Below, piece by piece: positions 35,926 to 48,921 of a stretch of DNA of 49,154 nt (its first letter is position 1; each line of letters opens with the position of its first letter). A program made the translations under genes and the position numbers. Source of the stretch: Octopus sinensis (Eukaryota); assembly GCF_006345805.1 (NCBI RefSeq), contig NW_021834246.1, positions 1-49,154 of the forward strand. The letters run 5' to 3'. The notes below the pieces were generated by a model. It searched no databases, was not told the origin of the DNA, and saw nothing but the letters and a program-made list of their open reading frames with translations.

Positions 35926-35956
<31 letters not shown>

Positions 35957-35962
35957 GCGCGA

Positions 35963-36315
35963 ACATGGCTACATGGTTAAGAATCTTGCTTCCTAAACGT
36001 GTGGTCTTATCTAGGGTTCAATCCCACTGCAGCACCTTGAGTAAGTATCTCCTACTATAGCTAAACCCTTGTGAATGGATTTGATATATGGAAACTGAAA
36101 GTAGCCTGCTGTATATATGTATGTATTTGTGTACGTGACATCATGTGATGGTTGTGAACCAACGTCCATAAAACATACGCCTGGCCATGGGTAAACATCA
36201 TGCTTGATAACAGGAAAGGTATCGAGCCATAGAAAATCTGCCCCAACAAATTCTGTCTAACCAATGCAAGCATGGAAAAGTGGACATTAAATGACAATGA
36301 AGATGCTAATGATGG
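35963..36315 (+). mobile_element. tRNA-derived SINE with RTE-like tail
   Basis: A-box-like 'tggctacatggtt', B-box 'gggttcaatccc', tail 'gcatggaaaagtggacattaaatgacaatga'. Confidence 0.7.
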
Positions 36316-36334
36316 GATAAATATATATATATTA

Positions 36335-36685
36335 TCATCATATCATTGTCATTTAATGTCCACTTTCCATGCTGGCATGGGTTGGATGGTTTGACTGGAA
36401 CTGGTAAGCTGGAGAGCTGTACCAGGCTCCAGTTTGGTTTTGACTTGGCTTCTATGCCCTTCCTAACATCCAACCACTCCAAGCAGGATAATGTTTACTC
36501 ATGGCCAGGCATGAAAAATATCACACATATATACAGCAGGCTTCTATCAGTTTCCATACAGCAAATCCACTCACAAGGGTTTGGCTATAGCAGGGGACAC
36601 TTGCTCAAGGTGCTACTCAGTGAGACTGAACACTAGACAAGACCACATGTTTGGGAAGCAAGCCTCTTAAACATATAGCCATGTT
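36335..36685 (-). mobile_element. tRNA-derived SINE with RTE-like tail, tail-to-tail with the previous copy
   Basis: Reverse complement of the same head ('catggctatatgtttaagaggcttgcttccc') and tail. Confidence 0.65.
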
Positions 36686-36703
36686 TGTTTGTGTGTGTGT
36701 GTG

Positions 36704-36738
<35 letters not shown>

Positions 36739-36739
36739 T

Positions 36740-38845
36740 TGGTAGATAAAGCAATTAAGAGTATGAAGACAGCGAAAGCCCCAGGCCCATCAGGAACCAC
36801 TGCAGAGATGCTCAAAATATCTGGTCATGTCGGCTATAGCCTGGTCACCCTATTGTTAACCAGGTGATACACGAAGGCGTCAGACCCAATGACTGGTGTA
36901 GCAGCATAATAGTCAACTGCTACAAAGGAAAAGGTGACGCTTTAGATACAAATAATTACAGAGGTATCAAGTTGTTAGATCAGGTAATGAAAGTTACGGA
37001 GAGGGTCATAGCCCAACTAATTAGGAAGAGAGTCAGTATAGATGAGATGCAGTTTGGTTTCGTGCCAGGGAAAAGTACCACTGATGCTATATTCCTGGTA
37101 AGACAGCTGCTGGAGAAATACCTAACCAAAGATAAGCCCCTGTACCTGGCTTTCGTTGACATGGAGAAAACCTTTGATAGGGTCTCCCGATCCCTTAGCT
37201 GGTGGTCAATGAGGAAACTAGGGATAAGATGAATCGTTAGTGAGAGCTATGCGAGCCATGTATAGGGATGCTGTCAGTAAGGTGAGGATTGGCATTGAAT
37301 ACAGTGAAGAATTCCAGGTAGAGGTAGGGGTCCACCAAGGTTCAGTACTCAGCCCCCTCCTATTTATCATAGACCTCCAGGCAATAACAGAGGAATTCAA
37401 GACAGGCTGCCCATGGGAGCTACTCTATGCTGACGACCTTGCTCTAATTGCTGTGTCATTATCAGAACTAGAGAAGTTTCAGGTGTGGAAGCAAGGATTA
37501 GCGATCGAAGGGCCTTAGAGTCAACCTAGCTAAAACAAAAGTCCTAATAAGTAGGAAGGCAGACAAACCACAAATCCCTTCAGGTAGATAGCCCTGCTCG
37601 ATCTGTAGGAAATGTGTAGGTAGAAATTCTATAAGATGTACCCAGTGTAAGCTATGGATACATAAGAGGTGCAGCAATATCAAAGGAAGGCTAGCTAGGA
37701 AGATAATTTTTGTATATGGCAGATGCTCAGGAGCAATAAACACTGAAAATGTGCAGGGAACATCTGCCAGATTCCAGAGAGAAAAACTAGAAGTAGTTGA
37801 TAGCTTCCGTTACCTAGGTGACCAAGTCAGTAACTGGAGTAGCTGTTAGAATAAGAATAACCTGGGCTAAGTTCAGAGAGCTCCTACCTCTGCTGGTGAC
37901 AAAAGGCCTCTTGCTCAGAGTAAAAGATAGACTGTATGACGCATGTGTACAAACAGCCATGATACATGGCAGTGAAACATGGGCTGTGACTGCTGAGGAT
38001 ATGCGTAAGCTCGCAAGGAATGAAGCCAGTATGCTCTGATGGATGTGTAACGTCAGTGTTCATACTCGACAGAGTGTAAGTACCTTGAGAGAAAAGTTGA
38101 ACCTAAGAAGCATTAGATGTAGTGTGCAAGAGAGACGACTATGTTGGTATGGTCATGTGGTGTGAAAGGATGAGGACAGCTGTGTGAAAAAGTGTCACGA
38201 GGGAACCTGTGGAAGAGGTAGACCCAGGAAAACCTGGGATGAGGTATTGAAGCACGACCTTCGAACATTAGGCCTCAGTGAGGCAATGACTAGTGACCGA
38301 GGCCTTTGGAAATATGCTGTGCTTGAGAACACCCGGCAGGACAAGTGAGTCCATAACCCGTAGCCTATGCCAGTAGTGTAACCAGCCCACTTAGGCGTAC
38401 CTTTCTTTCATTGGACACTAAACTCTGCTTGCGAAGACCTGTTGAGACAAGTGAAATCAAAATCAAATTCAATGACAGCATCATCCAAGTGTGATCATTA
38501 CCAGCGTTGCCTTACTGGCATTTGTGCTGGTGGTACGTGAAAACAACATTTGAGCGAGGACGTTGCCTGTGCCTTTCGACTGGCTCCTGCGCAGGTGACA
38601 CGTAAAAAACATGATTTGAACATGGCCATTGCCAGTACCGCCTGACTGGCCCTTGTGCCGGTGGCATGTAAAAGCATCCACTACACTCACGGAGTGGTTG
38701 GCCTTAGGAAGGGCATCCAGCTGTAGAAACTCTGCCAGATCAGATTGGAGCCTGGAGCAGCCATCTGGCTCACCAGTTCCCAGTCAAACTGTCCAACCCA
38801 TGACAGCATGGAAAGCAGACATTAAACGATGATGATGATGATGAT
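36740..38845 (+). mobile_element. 5'-truncated RTE-clade LINE, decayed
   Basis: 'KAPGPSG', 'NYRGIKLL', 'LYADDL'; (gat)n tail at 38828-38844. Confidence 0.9.
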
Positions 38846-39106
38846 ATATATAAAGTGGGAAATTCATGGCAGAGTATTAGTACAGAAGCGAAAAATTATG
38901 TGACATGGAATTCAACTCTAAGCGTCCTACACTCTGCATTGGGAGGTTAAAGGCAGGAAAAAATATACATATATTGATAAACTGAATGTTTATAATTGAT
39001 GGTGCTATGGACACTGGACTTGTGACTGCTGAAGAAGTGCAGTGATTGTTGTATTGTTGACACAGAAACTTCATGTTCTGTATGTGAGTGTCCATAACTC
39101 TATTAT

Positions 39107-39137
<31 letters not shown>

Positions 39138-42100
39138 CATCATCGTCATCGTTTAATGTCCGTTCTCCATGCTAGCATGGGTTGGACGGTTTGAACGGGA
39201 TCTGGGAAGCCCGAAGGCTGCACCAGGTTCCAGTCTGATCTGGCAGTGTTTCTGCAGCTGGATGCTCCTCCTAACACCAACCATTCCGTGAGTGTAGTGG
39301 GTGCTTTTTACGTGCTACCGGCACAGCTGCCAGGCGAGGCTGGCAATGGCCACAATCGGATTGGTGCTTTTTATGTGCCACCGGCACAAAAGCCAGTCAA
39401 GGCGGCACTGGCATCGGCCACGTTTGAATGGTGCTTTTTACGTGCCACCGGCACAGGGATCACAACTACAATTTCCATTGATTTTTGATGCTGGTGTACT
39501 TGACTCAATAGGTCTCTTCAAGCACAGGGTCAAAACGGTGTTTCTTTACTTGCCACCTGCACAGGAGTCAGTCCAGCGGTACTGGCAAGTGCTGGGTACC
39601 AATCATAGGATTGGTTCAATTTCGATTTCGATTTCGATTCCGATTTCACTTGCCCCAACAGATCTTCACAAGCAGAGTTTAGTGTCCAATGAAGGGAGGT
39701 TGGCATGGGTGCCAGTCGTCGGATGAGGTTCGATTTCGAATTCAATTTCGACTTCACTTGCCTCAACAGGTCTTCGCATGTCCAAGGAAGGAAAGGCATG
39801 CACAAATGAGCTGGCAAGGGACACAGGATGGACTCACTTGTCCTGCTGGATCTTCTCACGCACAGCATATTTCCAAATGTCTTGGTCACTAGTCATTGCC
39901 TCACTGAGGCCTAATGTTTGAAGGTCGTGCTTCACCACCTCGTCCCAGGTTTTCCTGGGTCTACCTCTTCCACAAGTTCCCTCAACTACTAGGGATTGGC
40001 ACTTTCTCACACACCTATCTTCATCCATTCTCGCCACATGACCATACCAGCGCAAACGTCTCTCTTGCACACCACAACTGATGCTTCTTAGGTCCAACTT
40101 TTCTCTCAAGGTACTTACACTCTGTCGAGTATGAACACTGATATTACACCTCCATCGGAGCATACTTGCTTCATTCCTCATGAGCTTACGCATATCCTCA
40201 GCAGTCACGGCCCATGTTTCACTGCCATGTAGCATGGCTGTTCATACACATGCGTCATACAGTCTATCTTTTACTCTGAGCGAGAGGCCTTTTGTCACCA
40301 GCAGAGGTAAGAGCTCTCTGAACTTTGCCCGGGCTATTCTTACTCTAGCAGTTACACTTTTAACACACCCGCCCCCGCTACTGACTTGGTCACCTAGGTA
40401 ACGGAAGCTATCAACAATTTATAGTTTTTCTCCCTGGAATGTGGCGGAAGTTGGTCTCTGTGCATTTTCAGTGTTTATTGTTCCTGAGCATCTGCCACAT
40501 ACAAAAACTATCTTCCTAGTTAGCCTTCCTTTGACATTGCTGCACCTCTTATGTGTCCATAGCTTACACTTGGTGCATCTTATAGAGTTTCTACTTATGC
40601 CTTTTCTACAGATCGAGCAGGGCCATCTACCTGAAGGCGTTTGTGGTTTGTCTACCTTCCTACTTATTAGGACTTTTGTTTTAGCTAGGTTGACTCTAAG
40701 GCCCTTCGATTCTAATCCTTGCTTCCACACCTGAAACTTCTCTTCCAGTGCTGATAGCGACTCAGCAATTAGAGCAAGGTCGTCAGCATAGAGGAGCTCC
40801 CAGGGGCATCCTGTCTTGCATTCCTCTGTTATTGCCTGGAGGACTATGATAAATAGGAGGGGGCTGAGGATTGAACCTTGGTGGACTCTTACCTCTACCC
40901 GGAATTCTTTAGTATACTCGTTGCCAATCCTCACCTTACTAACCACATCCCTGTACATGGCTTTCACAGCTCTCACTAATCATTCATCTATCCCTAGTTT
41001 CCTCATTGACCACCAGATAAGGGATTGGGGGACTCTGTCAAAGGCTTTCTCCATGTCAACGAAAGCCAGGTACAGGAGCTTATCTTTGGTTAGGTATTTC
41101 TCCTGCAGCTGTCTTACCAGGAATATAGCATCAGTGGTACTTTTCCCTGGCACGAAACCAAACTGCATCTCATCTAAACTGACTCTCTCTCTAATCAGTT
41201 GGGCTATGACCCTCTCCGTAACCTTCATTACCTGATCCAACAGCTTGATACCTCTGTAATTATTTGTATCTAAAGTGTCACCTTTACCTTTGTAGCAGTT
41301 GACTATTATGCTGCTACACCAGTCATTGGGTCTGACTCCTTCGTGTATCACCTGGTTAACTATACTGGTGACTAGGCTATAGCCGACACTACTAGATATT
41401 TTAAGCATCTCTGCAGTAATTCCTGGTGGGCCTGGGGCTTTCCTTGTCTACATGCTTCTAATTGCCTTAACTACTATGGAACTGTCAACTTGGATAGCTG
41501 GTCCCTCTCTTTATCCCATTCATTTTCTTTATTCAGCAACCTTTCATTGTGGTGTCTCCAAACCTCTCTCTTTGCATCCTCATTTAGCGCAAGTGAACCA
41601 TCATCCATGCGAACACATTTCTCTCCTACCACATCACGATTCTCTCTCACACACTGTCTTGCAACACGAAATACCTCAAGTCTTTCATCCTCACGGTGCA
41701 GGACATTGGCAAATTTTTCCTTATCTGGCTAAATAAACCTGTCTCCTAGCTTCCCTTTTGGCTGTCTGATACAATTCCCTGCTACCTCCGTTCTTCCAGT
41801 CCTTCCAAGCCTGTTTCTATTGTCTAATAGCCCTGTCAACCACATTGTTCCACCACCACGTTACCTTGGGTCGAGAGGGGACTTTGCACCAGCCACAGAT
41901 CTGGTCAGTGGCTCTCAGCAGGTTGTCCCGTAGAAACCTCCAATTGTCTTCCACATTATGTGATGCTATATCCCCTTCTATTTCATCGAGGGCTTCGAGT
42001 AATACGTTTCTAAATCTCTGCTCATTTGCAGGATCTTTAAGTCTCCAGACCCTTCTCCTCCAGGCTGGTCTTCTTCTGGGCATCCATTCAGCCCCGTTCC

Positions 42101-42412
42101 TGAAGTCACTAACTACTAATCTATGTTGAGTGGTACATTCTTCGCCTGGGAAGGTTTTGGCATTTATAAGCAGCCCTCTTTCCCTTTTTCTGGCAAGGAT
42201 ATAGTCAATTTGGCTGGTGTGTCTGCTAGAACGATAGGTGACTAGGTGACAGGCAGGTTCCTGAAGTTGGTATTGCAAACCATAAGGTCATTTGCATCGC
42301 AGAACTCCAGCAGTCCGGTTCCCTCCTCATTGCGGAAGCCCCCTGCACGTTGTCCAACATGTCCATTGAAATCACCAGCCACAAAGAGAAGGTCTCTGTC
42401 GTTCATCAACGA
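39138..42412 (-). mobile_element. RTE-clade LINE (partial EN, RT, PHD)
   Basis: 'VAGDFNGHVG', 'QIDYIL', 'KAFDRVP', 'YADD', PHD motif; tail at ~39138. Confidence 0.92.
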
Positions 42413-42496
42413 CATATATATATATATATATCGATATATATATATTATATATATATATATATACTTTATTTTAAGCAGCAAAAAATTCAACAAAAT

Positions 42497-42534
42497 CTGT
42501 TACTCTGAGTTTCTCGTTGCCGTTCATCAGACAG
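42497..42534 (-). ncRNA. Minimal hammerhead ribozyme motif inside a (TA)n tract
   Basis: Minus strand: ctgt-CTGATGA-acggcaacga-GAAA-ctcagag-TA-acag. Confidence 0.7.
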
Positions 42535-42646
42535 TTTTTGCTAGAATATATATATATATAGATATATATATATATATCGTCAACAATATATATATATATA
42601 TATATGATGATGATATATATATATATATATTTATATAAATATATAA

Positions 42647-43052
42647 CTAGCAGTATCGCCTGGCGTTGCTCGGGTTTGTAAGGGGAATAACTATATGAGC
42701 ATATTTAGAGTATAAATGTAAAGTATAATAGCCATCACAATATGGCTAACCACAAAGGGGGGGGGGGTGTTACTGTAGCTTTTTACATTCTGAGATTTAA
42801 TAATACATTTTTAGAGAGTTACTTCCCTTATATAAACTGAGCGAAAATGCATTAAAAATACGGAAAAATTATGGTAAATTTTTTTTTAAATCGTAGACTC
42901 ATCGTAGACGCGTACTAATACCCAGAAGGGCTCGATATGAATCACGACTATAAGATACCCGCTTTTGGTTAAACTGCACCGCAAAATGTGGGAGTAGTTA
43001 GGAAACTAAATCGTAGGAGACAGACACACAACTTGACTTTTATATATAAAGA
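42647..43052 (-). mobile_element. Non-autonomous Helitron
   Basis: Minus strand begins TC(TTTATATATAAAAG), has a TGTC microsatellite-like block, ends with a GC-rich hairpin-like 'cccgagcaacgccaggcg' plus CTAG, and sits between A and T without a TSD. Confidence 0.8.
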
Positions 43053-43503
43053 TATCTAGTCTAGTTGTCATTGTTATTGTTTCACATATCTTTTTCCATG
43101 CTGTCATGGGTTTGACTGGAACTGATGATCCAAAAGGCTGCACTGAAGTCTAATGTTTGTTTTGGCAAGGTTTCTACAGTTGCATGTTACACTTCACATA
43201 GTATACTGGCTGCTTTTTCTGTGTCACCTGCACTAGTTAGGCTAGAAAGTATTTGCAAGACAAGGCCTCTCAACTCTGTGGGTTATATTACTATGAAAGT
43301 ATGAGAGACAGGACAGGTGTCTTGCTGAAGAGGTGACTACATAGTCTCCCCTACTGGGAAGATTTTGTGTGTATATGTGTGTACACATATACATAGGTGC
43401 ACACACACTACCTGAAGGAAGTGCTCCATCATAACTGTAATTCAAAGCCTGGATCCATTACAAGGATAAAGGAATAAGAGAATCTGTCTTTTTAATTTTT
43501 CAG

Positions 43504-43618
43504 GTTGCTGACTGCTATGATGGAGATGAAGAGACTGACAACAGAATCCATCACATTTTTAATGATGAAAGAGAAAAGCAAATACAGCTACTCCAAAGAA
43601 AAACCTATGTTTAATGTT
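43504..43618 (+). CDS. MAN2A: Golgi alpha-mannosidase II-like exon D
   Basis: tttttcag|G LLTAMMEMKRLTTESITFLMMKEKSKYSYSKEKPMFNV|gtgagt; phase 2 start fits exon C; fits the expected post-'DY..RL' helix. Confidence 0.8.
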
Positions 43619-44089
43619 GTGAGTTGAATGACTGCTTTTGATTTTCTTTCCTTCCTAAGCACTTCCATGACTGAAAAGAAATCTGGCATGAAAGTAATTA
43701 CAAAAGATTGTTGATTCAGGATACTGAATGGGAAATAGAGAGTCTGATGCAGTAAATAATAATTGAGGCTACTCCTTTATAAGTATTCATTGGGGGATAT
43801 TCTTCAATAAATGTTTGGTCAGATCACTTTAAAACAGGAAGTTTGTATCTCAGGAGAAGTGGGAGCTGTGTCAAATTGGTTGATATCAAAAAGAGACTTT
43901 GCTTGAAATTTGTTTTTGTCCCTTGCGACACAGTAAAATTTTCGATGCATCATTTTAGGAAAATTGTTGTTTTAAATACTTCTGTGTCATGCATTTTAAA
44001 GTGTGATTTGAGGAAGATTTGGTTGCTATTCTCACAAATGTAAATGCTGAGAGTAAATTACAATCTATTTCTTTTTTTTTTTAATACAG

Positions 44090-44157
44090 GATGAAAAAAG
44101 GGAGAAGCATTTTTCTATACCAGAACGTTCTGTTTTGAAAATAAGTGATACTCCTCA
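44090..44157 (+). CDS. MAN2A: Golgi alpha-mannosidase II-like exon E
   Basis: poly-T..tacag|DEKREKHFSIPERSVLKISDTP..|gtaagt; phase 0 start fits exon D. Confidence 0.8.
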
Positions 44158-44667
44158 GTAAGTAACAATTGGTAATACACCTCTATAAATTATAATTGCA
44201 GGTACTCTGTAAGGACTGTGTACACTTTGGACAAGTGTCTCCTATTATAGTTTCTGGTTGTCTGAAATGCTTTTGTGAGTAGAATTTGTGTGTCTCTGTG
44301 GAAACCTGTATTGTTATAGGTATGTGTATCCACACACACACACTACATACATACACTATACTTGTTAGTGATAATATATGCTTGTATAATATTTACCTGT
44401 AATTATGAGCAATGAAATCTCGATAAAAAAGTATCTCTTGCTTATAATAAACACTGCCTTTTATTGTTATTGTCTTTTAATTTTTACGTTTCAGTGATTA
44501 GAATGCTGAGGCACCACCTTGAGGAATTTTAGTAGAATTTTTATTTAGCCTAGTACTTGTTCTATCAGTATCTTTTGTTGAACTGCTAAGTTAGAGGGGT
44601 GTAAGCATACCAAGCAGTAGTGAGGGACAAACACAAAGACACAAACATATATGCATATATTCATACA

Positions 44668-45260
44668 TCATCATCATCATTTAACGTCTGCCTTCCATGC
44701 TAGCATGGGTTGGACGGTTCAACTGGGGTCTGGGAAGCCAGGAGGCTGCACCAGGCTCCAGTCAGATCTGGCAGAGTTTCTACAGCTGGATGCCCTTCCT
44801 AATGCCAACCACTCCGGGAGTGTAGTGAGTGATTTTATGTGCCACCGACACAGGTGCCAGATGAGGCTGGCGAACGGCCACGCTTGGATGGTGCTTTTTA
44901 TGTGCCACCGGCACGGAGGCCAGGCGAGGCTGGCAATGGCCACAATCGGATGGTGTTTGTCACATGCCACCGGCATGGAGGCCAGTCAATGCGGCGCTGG
45001 CTACAGCCACGTTTGGATGGCTCTCTTACGTGCCACCAGCACTGGTATCACAACTACAAATTCCATTGATGTTGAGCGATTTCGAATTTCACTTGCCTCA
45101 ACAGGTCTTCACAAGCAGAGTTTTGTGTCCCAAGAAGGAAGGTATGCACAGGTGGACTGACTACATCCCAGGTAGAGGCCATGGGTTATGGCCTCACTTG
45201 TCCTGCTGGGTCTTCTCACGCACAGCATACTTCCAAAGGTCTCGGTCTCTGGTCATTTCC
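44668..45260 (-). mobile_element. RTE LINE 3' fragment
   Basis: (cat)n tail, 3' UTR repeats and the last codons 'RDLWKYAVREKT'. Confidence 0.85.
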
Positions 45261-45818
45261 TATATATATTTATATAATCCAAATAAGAAGACTTCAACAC
45301 ATCTTTAATGGTCAGTTGTAGTTGTTTTTGTTCGAGCTCAGCTTTTAATGTAAGCTCACACAAAAGTTCCGAATGAAAATTGACATATTTGCAATCACAA
45401 AACCGTTATAGATATGATACTCCCTACATTGAGGAACCTTATTAAACTAGATCTTTGGTCAGACACAACTGATGTTATTGACTGGTTTAAGAATTTACTT
45501 TACAAAATACAAAAAAATTCATACAGATAGATATCAACTTGTACTACTCATCTATTAAACTTGTACTTCTCAGTGAGGCTATAATCTTTGCCATCAGGAA
45601 CACCTCTTTATTTAAGGACACCAAACCAATTGTAGCAGCTAGGAAAACAATATTTACTTTGAATGACAGCCTCATAAGGACAGACTAGAATATTTCAATG
45701 TAACTATGGGTGCAAGCAACTCAGCCCAAGTTACCAATTTGGTAGGGTGAAACTTATTGCTGCAAATATCTTTGTGTGTGTGTATATATATATATATATA
45801 TTATATATATATATATAT

Positions 45819-45857
<39 letters not shown>

Positions 45858-46207
45858 ATAAGATTAGATCGTATACGAGTGGGTATATATTTGTAAAAAA
45901 GAAGTTTGAAAATGCCACTATATTAGATAAATTTTAATTTTTACATGTTTCGGTTCTTGAAGTAACGAACCTTATCAAAAAGAATTTTTTTATAATAAAG
46001 ATTATAATGGAATAGTTCATAATTGTTTCATACATTCAATAGAGTCCATGCTATATACATTCAATAGAATCCATGTTCTTGAAAAGGCGAAAAATATATT
46101 ATAAGGTGTAAGTCGTTCTTTACTGTTTTGTCAAGTGTAGTGCAGGAGTTCATTATAGATTTTACCTTGTGTTCCGATGGGAGCAACAGTAGTGATTCTA
46201 CTACCAG

Positions 46208-47903
46208 GCCCAGTCTGATCTGGCAATGTTTCTACGGCTGGATGCCCATCCTAACGCCAACCACTCCATGAGTGTAGTGGGTGCTTTTTACGTGCCACCA
46301 GCACAGGGGCCAGGCGAGGCTGGCAATGGCCATGACCGGATGGTGCTTTTTACGTGCCACTGGCACGGGGGCCATGTGAGGCTGGCAACGGCCATGATTG
46401 GATGGTGCTTTTTACATGCCACCGGCATGGAGGCTCGTCAGGGCGGCACTGGCAATGGCCACGTTCGGATGGTTCCCTTACGTGCTGCTAGCACTGGTAT
46501 CACAGCTGCAATTTCCATTGATGTTGATCGATTTCGAGTCTGATTCTCACTTGCCTCAACAGGTCTTCACAAGTAGAGTTTTGTGTCCCTAGAAGGAAGG
46601 TATGCATAAGTGGGCTGGCTACATCCCAGGTAGAGGCCATGGGTTATGGTCTCACTTGTCCTGCCAGGTCTTCTCACGCACAGCATACTTCCATAGGTCT
46701 CAGTCTCTGGTCATTTCCTCAGTGAGACCTAAAGTTCGAAGGTCGTGCTTCACCACCACATCCCAGGTTTTCCTGGGTCTACCTCTTTCACAGGTTCCCT
46801 CAACCGCTAGGGTGTGGAACTTTTTCACACAACTATCTTCATCCATTCTCGCCACATGACCATACCAGCGCAAACGTCTCTCTTGCACACCACAACTGAT
46901 GCTTCTTAGGTCCAACTTCTCTCTCAAGGTACTTACACTCTGTCGAGTATGAACACTGACATTACACATCCATCGGAGCATACTGGCTTCATTTCTTGCA
47001 AGCTTACGCATATCCTCAGCTGTCATGGCCCATGTTTCACTGCCATGTAGCATGGCTGTTCGCACACATGCGTCATACAGTCTGCCTTTTGTCACCAGCA
47101 GAAGTAAGAGCTCTCTGAACTTTTCCCAGGCTATTCTTACTCTAGCAGTTACGCTTTTAACACACCCGCCCCCGCTACTGACTTGGTCACCTAGGTAACG
47201 GAAGCTATCAACTATTTCTAGTTTTTCTCCCTGGAATGTGGCGGAAGTTGGTCTCTGCGCATTTTCAGTGTTTATTGCTCCTGAGCATCTGCCACATACA
47301 AAAACTATTTTCCTAGTTAGCCTTCCCTTGACGTTGCTGCACCCCTTATGTGTCCATAGCTTACACTTGGTGCATCTTATAGAGTTTCTACCTACGCCTT
47401 TTCTACAGATCGAGCAGGGCCATCTACCTGAAGGCGTTTGTGATTTGTCTACGTTCCTACTTATTAGGACTTTGGTTTTAGCTAGGTTGACTCTAAGGCC
47501 CTTCGATTCTAATCCTTGCTTCCACACCTGAAACTTCTCCTCCAGTTCTGATAGTGACTCAGCAATTAGAGCAAGGTTATCAGCGTAGAGGAGCTCCCAG
47601 GGGCATCCTGTCTTGAATTCCTCTGTTATTGCCTGGAGGACTATGATAAATAGGAGGGAGCTGAGGACTGAACCTTGGTGGACCCCTATCTCTACCCGGA
47701 ATTCTTCACTGTACTCATTGCCAACCCTCACCTTACTAGCAGCGTCCCTGTACATGGCTTGCACAGCTCTCACTAACCATTCATCTATCCCTAGTTTTCT
47801 CATTGACCACCAGATAAGGGATTGGGGGACCCTGTCGAAGGCTTTCTCCATGTCAACAAAAGCCAGGTACAGGGGCTTATCTTTGGCTAGATATTTCTCC
47901 TGC
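46208..47903 (-). mobile_element. RTE LINE fragment with a 401-aa open frame (RT C-half and PHD; YADD mutated to YADN)
   Basis: ORF 46700-47905. Confidence 0.92.
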
Positions 47904-48741
47904 AATGCTGAAGCAAAGTAACACCAAATATATAGTGCGTGTGTTTTTATTGGCTAAACTGGCAAAATGACCATTCCTAAATACAATAATATCTGTTTCA
48001 ACACACGATTTCACATCAAAAATCTTGCAAAGCAATAAACGTAATTATCTTTATTACTATTAATAATAGTAGTAGTAGTAGTATTGCTATCATTATTTTC
48101 TTCTCATTATTCTTGCTGTCTTTGTTGATATTGTTTTACAATTAGCCTTCCTTTTTTTATTTGTTATTTTCTTTATTTTATCACTCTATATTTATGATTC
48201 TACACCAAAATTACTTTTCACTTTTCCATTATAATTTGATTCTGGTAATTCTGGCATCACAATCCACATCACTCCTCTTCTTCCTTTCAACTATTCACTT
48301 TCGCTTTCTTCTCTTCTTTCTCCTCCCACTTCTTCCACTTCTACCTCATTTTTTTGTCCTCTTCCTCTTTTACTACTTATTCATCCCCTAACCATATTTT
48401 TACTTACTTTGGTATTAACAATGTTCTTGTCCTGTCCATTTTTCACAGTCAGTTTACATTTTTATCTTTATTCTGTTTACTTTTTTGTTTTCTCCTGATG
48501 TAAGCAAAACACACAGCCTGGCAGATGCACAATGTAAGTGCGTACTTTTGTCGTAGGTCTGAAGAAATGCCACTCTAACTCTTCACAAAATCCATACAAC
48601 GGTTTTACCTTTGTGAAGCCTAGATTTTCTACACCTGAAGAATTTTGATATTAGTCTGAAATCTGACAGTGTAGATAGCCTAAAATTCAGGTTGAGTGCT
48701 GCATAGGATATATCCTATCTTTCTACCATCCCAGGACCTTA

Positions 48742-48870
48742 TATACAACAGGCTTCTTTCAGTTTCCATCTAATAAATCCACTCACAAAGACACTTTCCA
48801 ATGTGCCATGCAGTGGGACTGAACTAGGAACTAGGTGGTTGGGAAGCTTTCTTGACACACAATTGTAATT
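48742..48870 (-). mobile_element. tRNA-derived SINE fragment
   Basis: Minus strand 'aagaaagcttcccaaccacctagttcctagttcagtcccactgcatggcacattgg...gtgagtggatt'. Confidence 0.6.
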
Positions 48871-48921
48871 TCTATATAAAATATATTGAAAATATTCACA
48901 TATCTTAAATGAAACAAAATA

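Noticed and set aside
18758-47921. Many antisense or 3' UTR ORFs recurring across RTE copies (e.g. 'LQLDALPNANHS')
   Set aside because: Recurrence is explained by repeat homology; frames are not consistently preserved.
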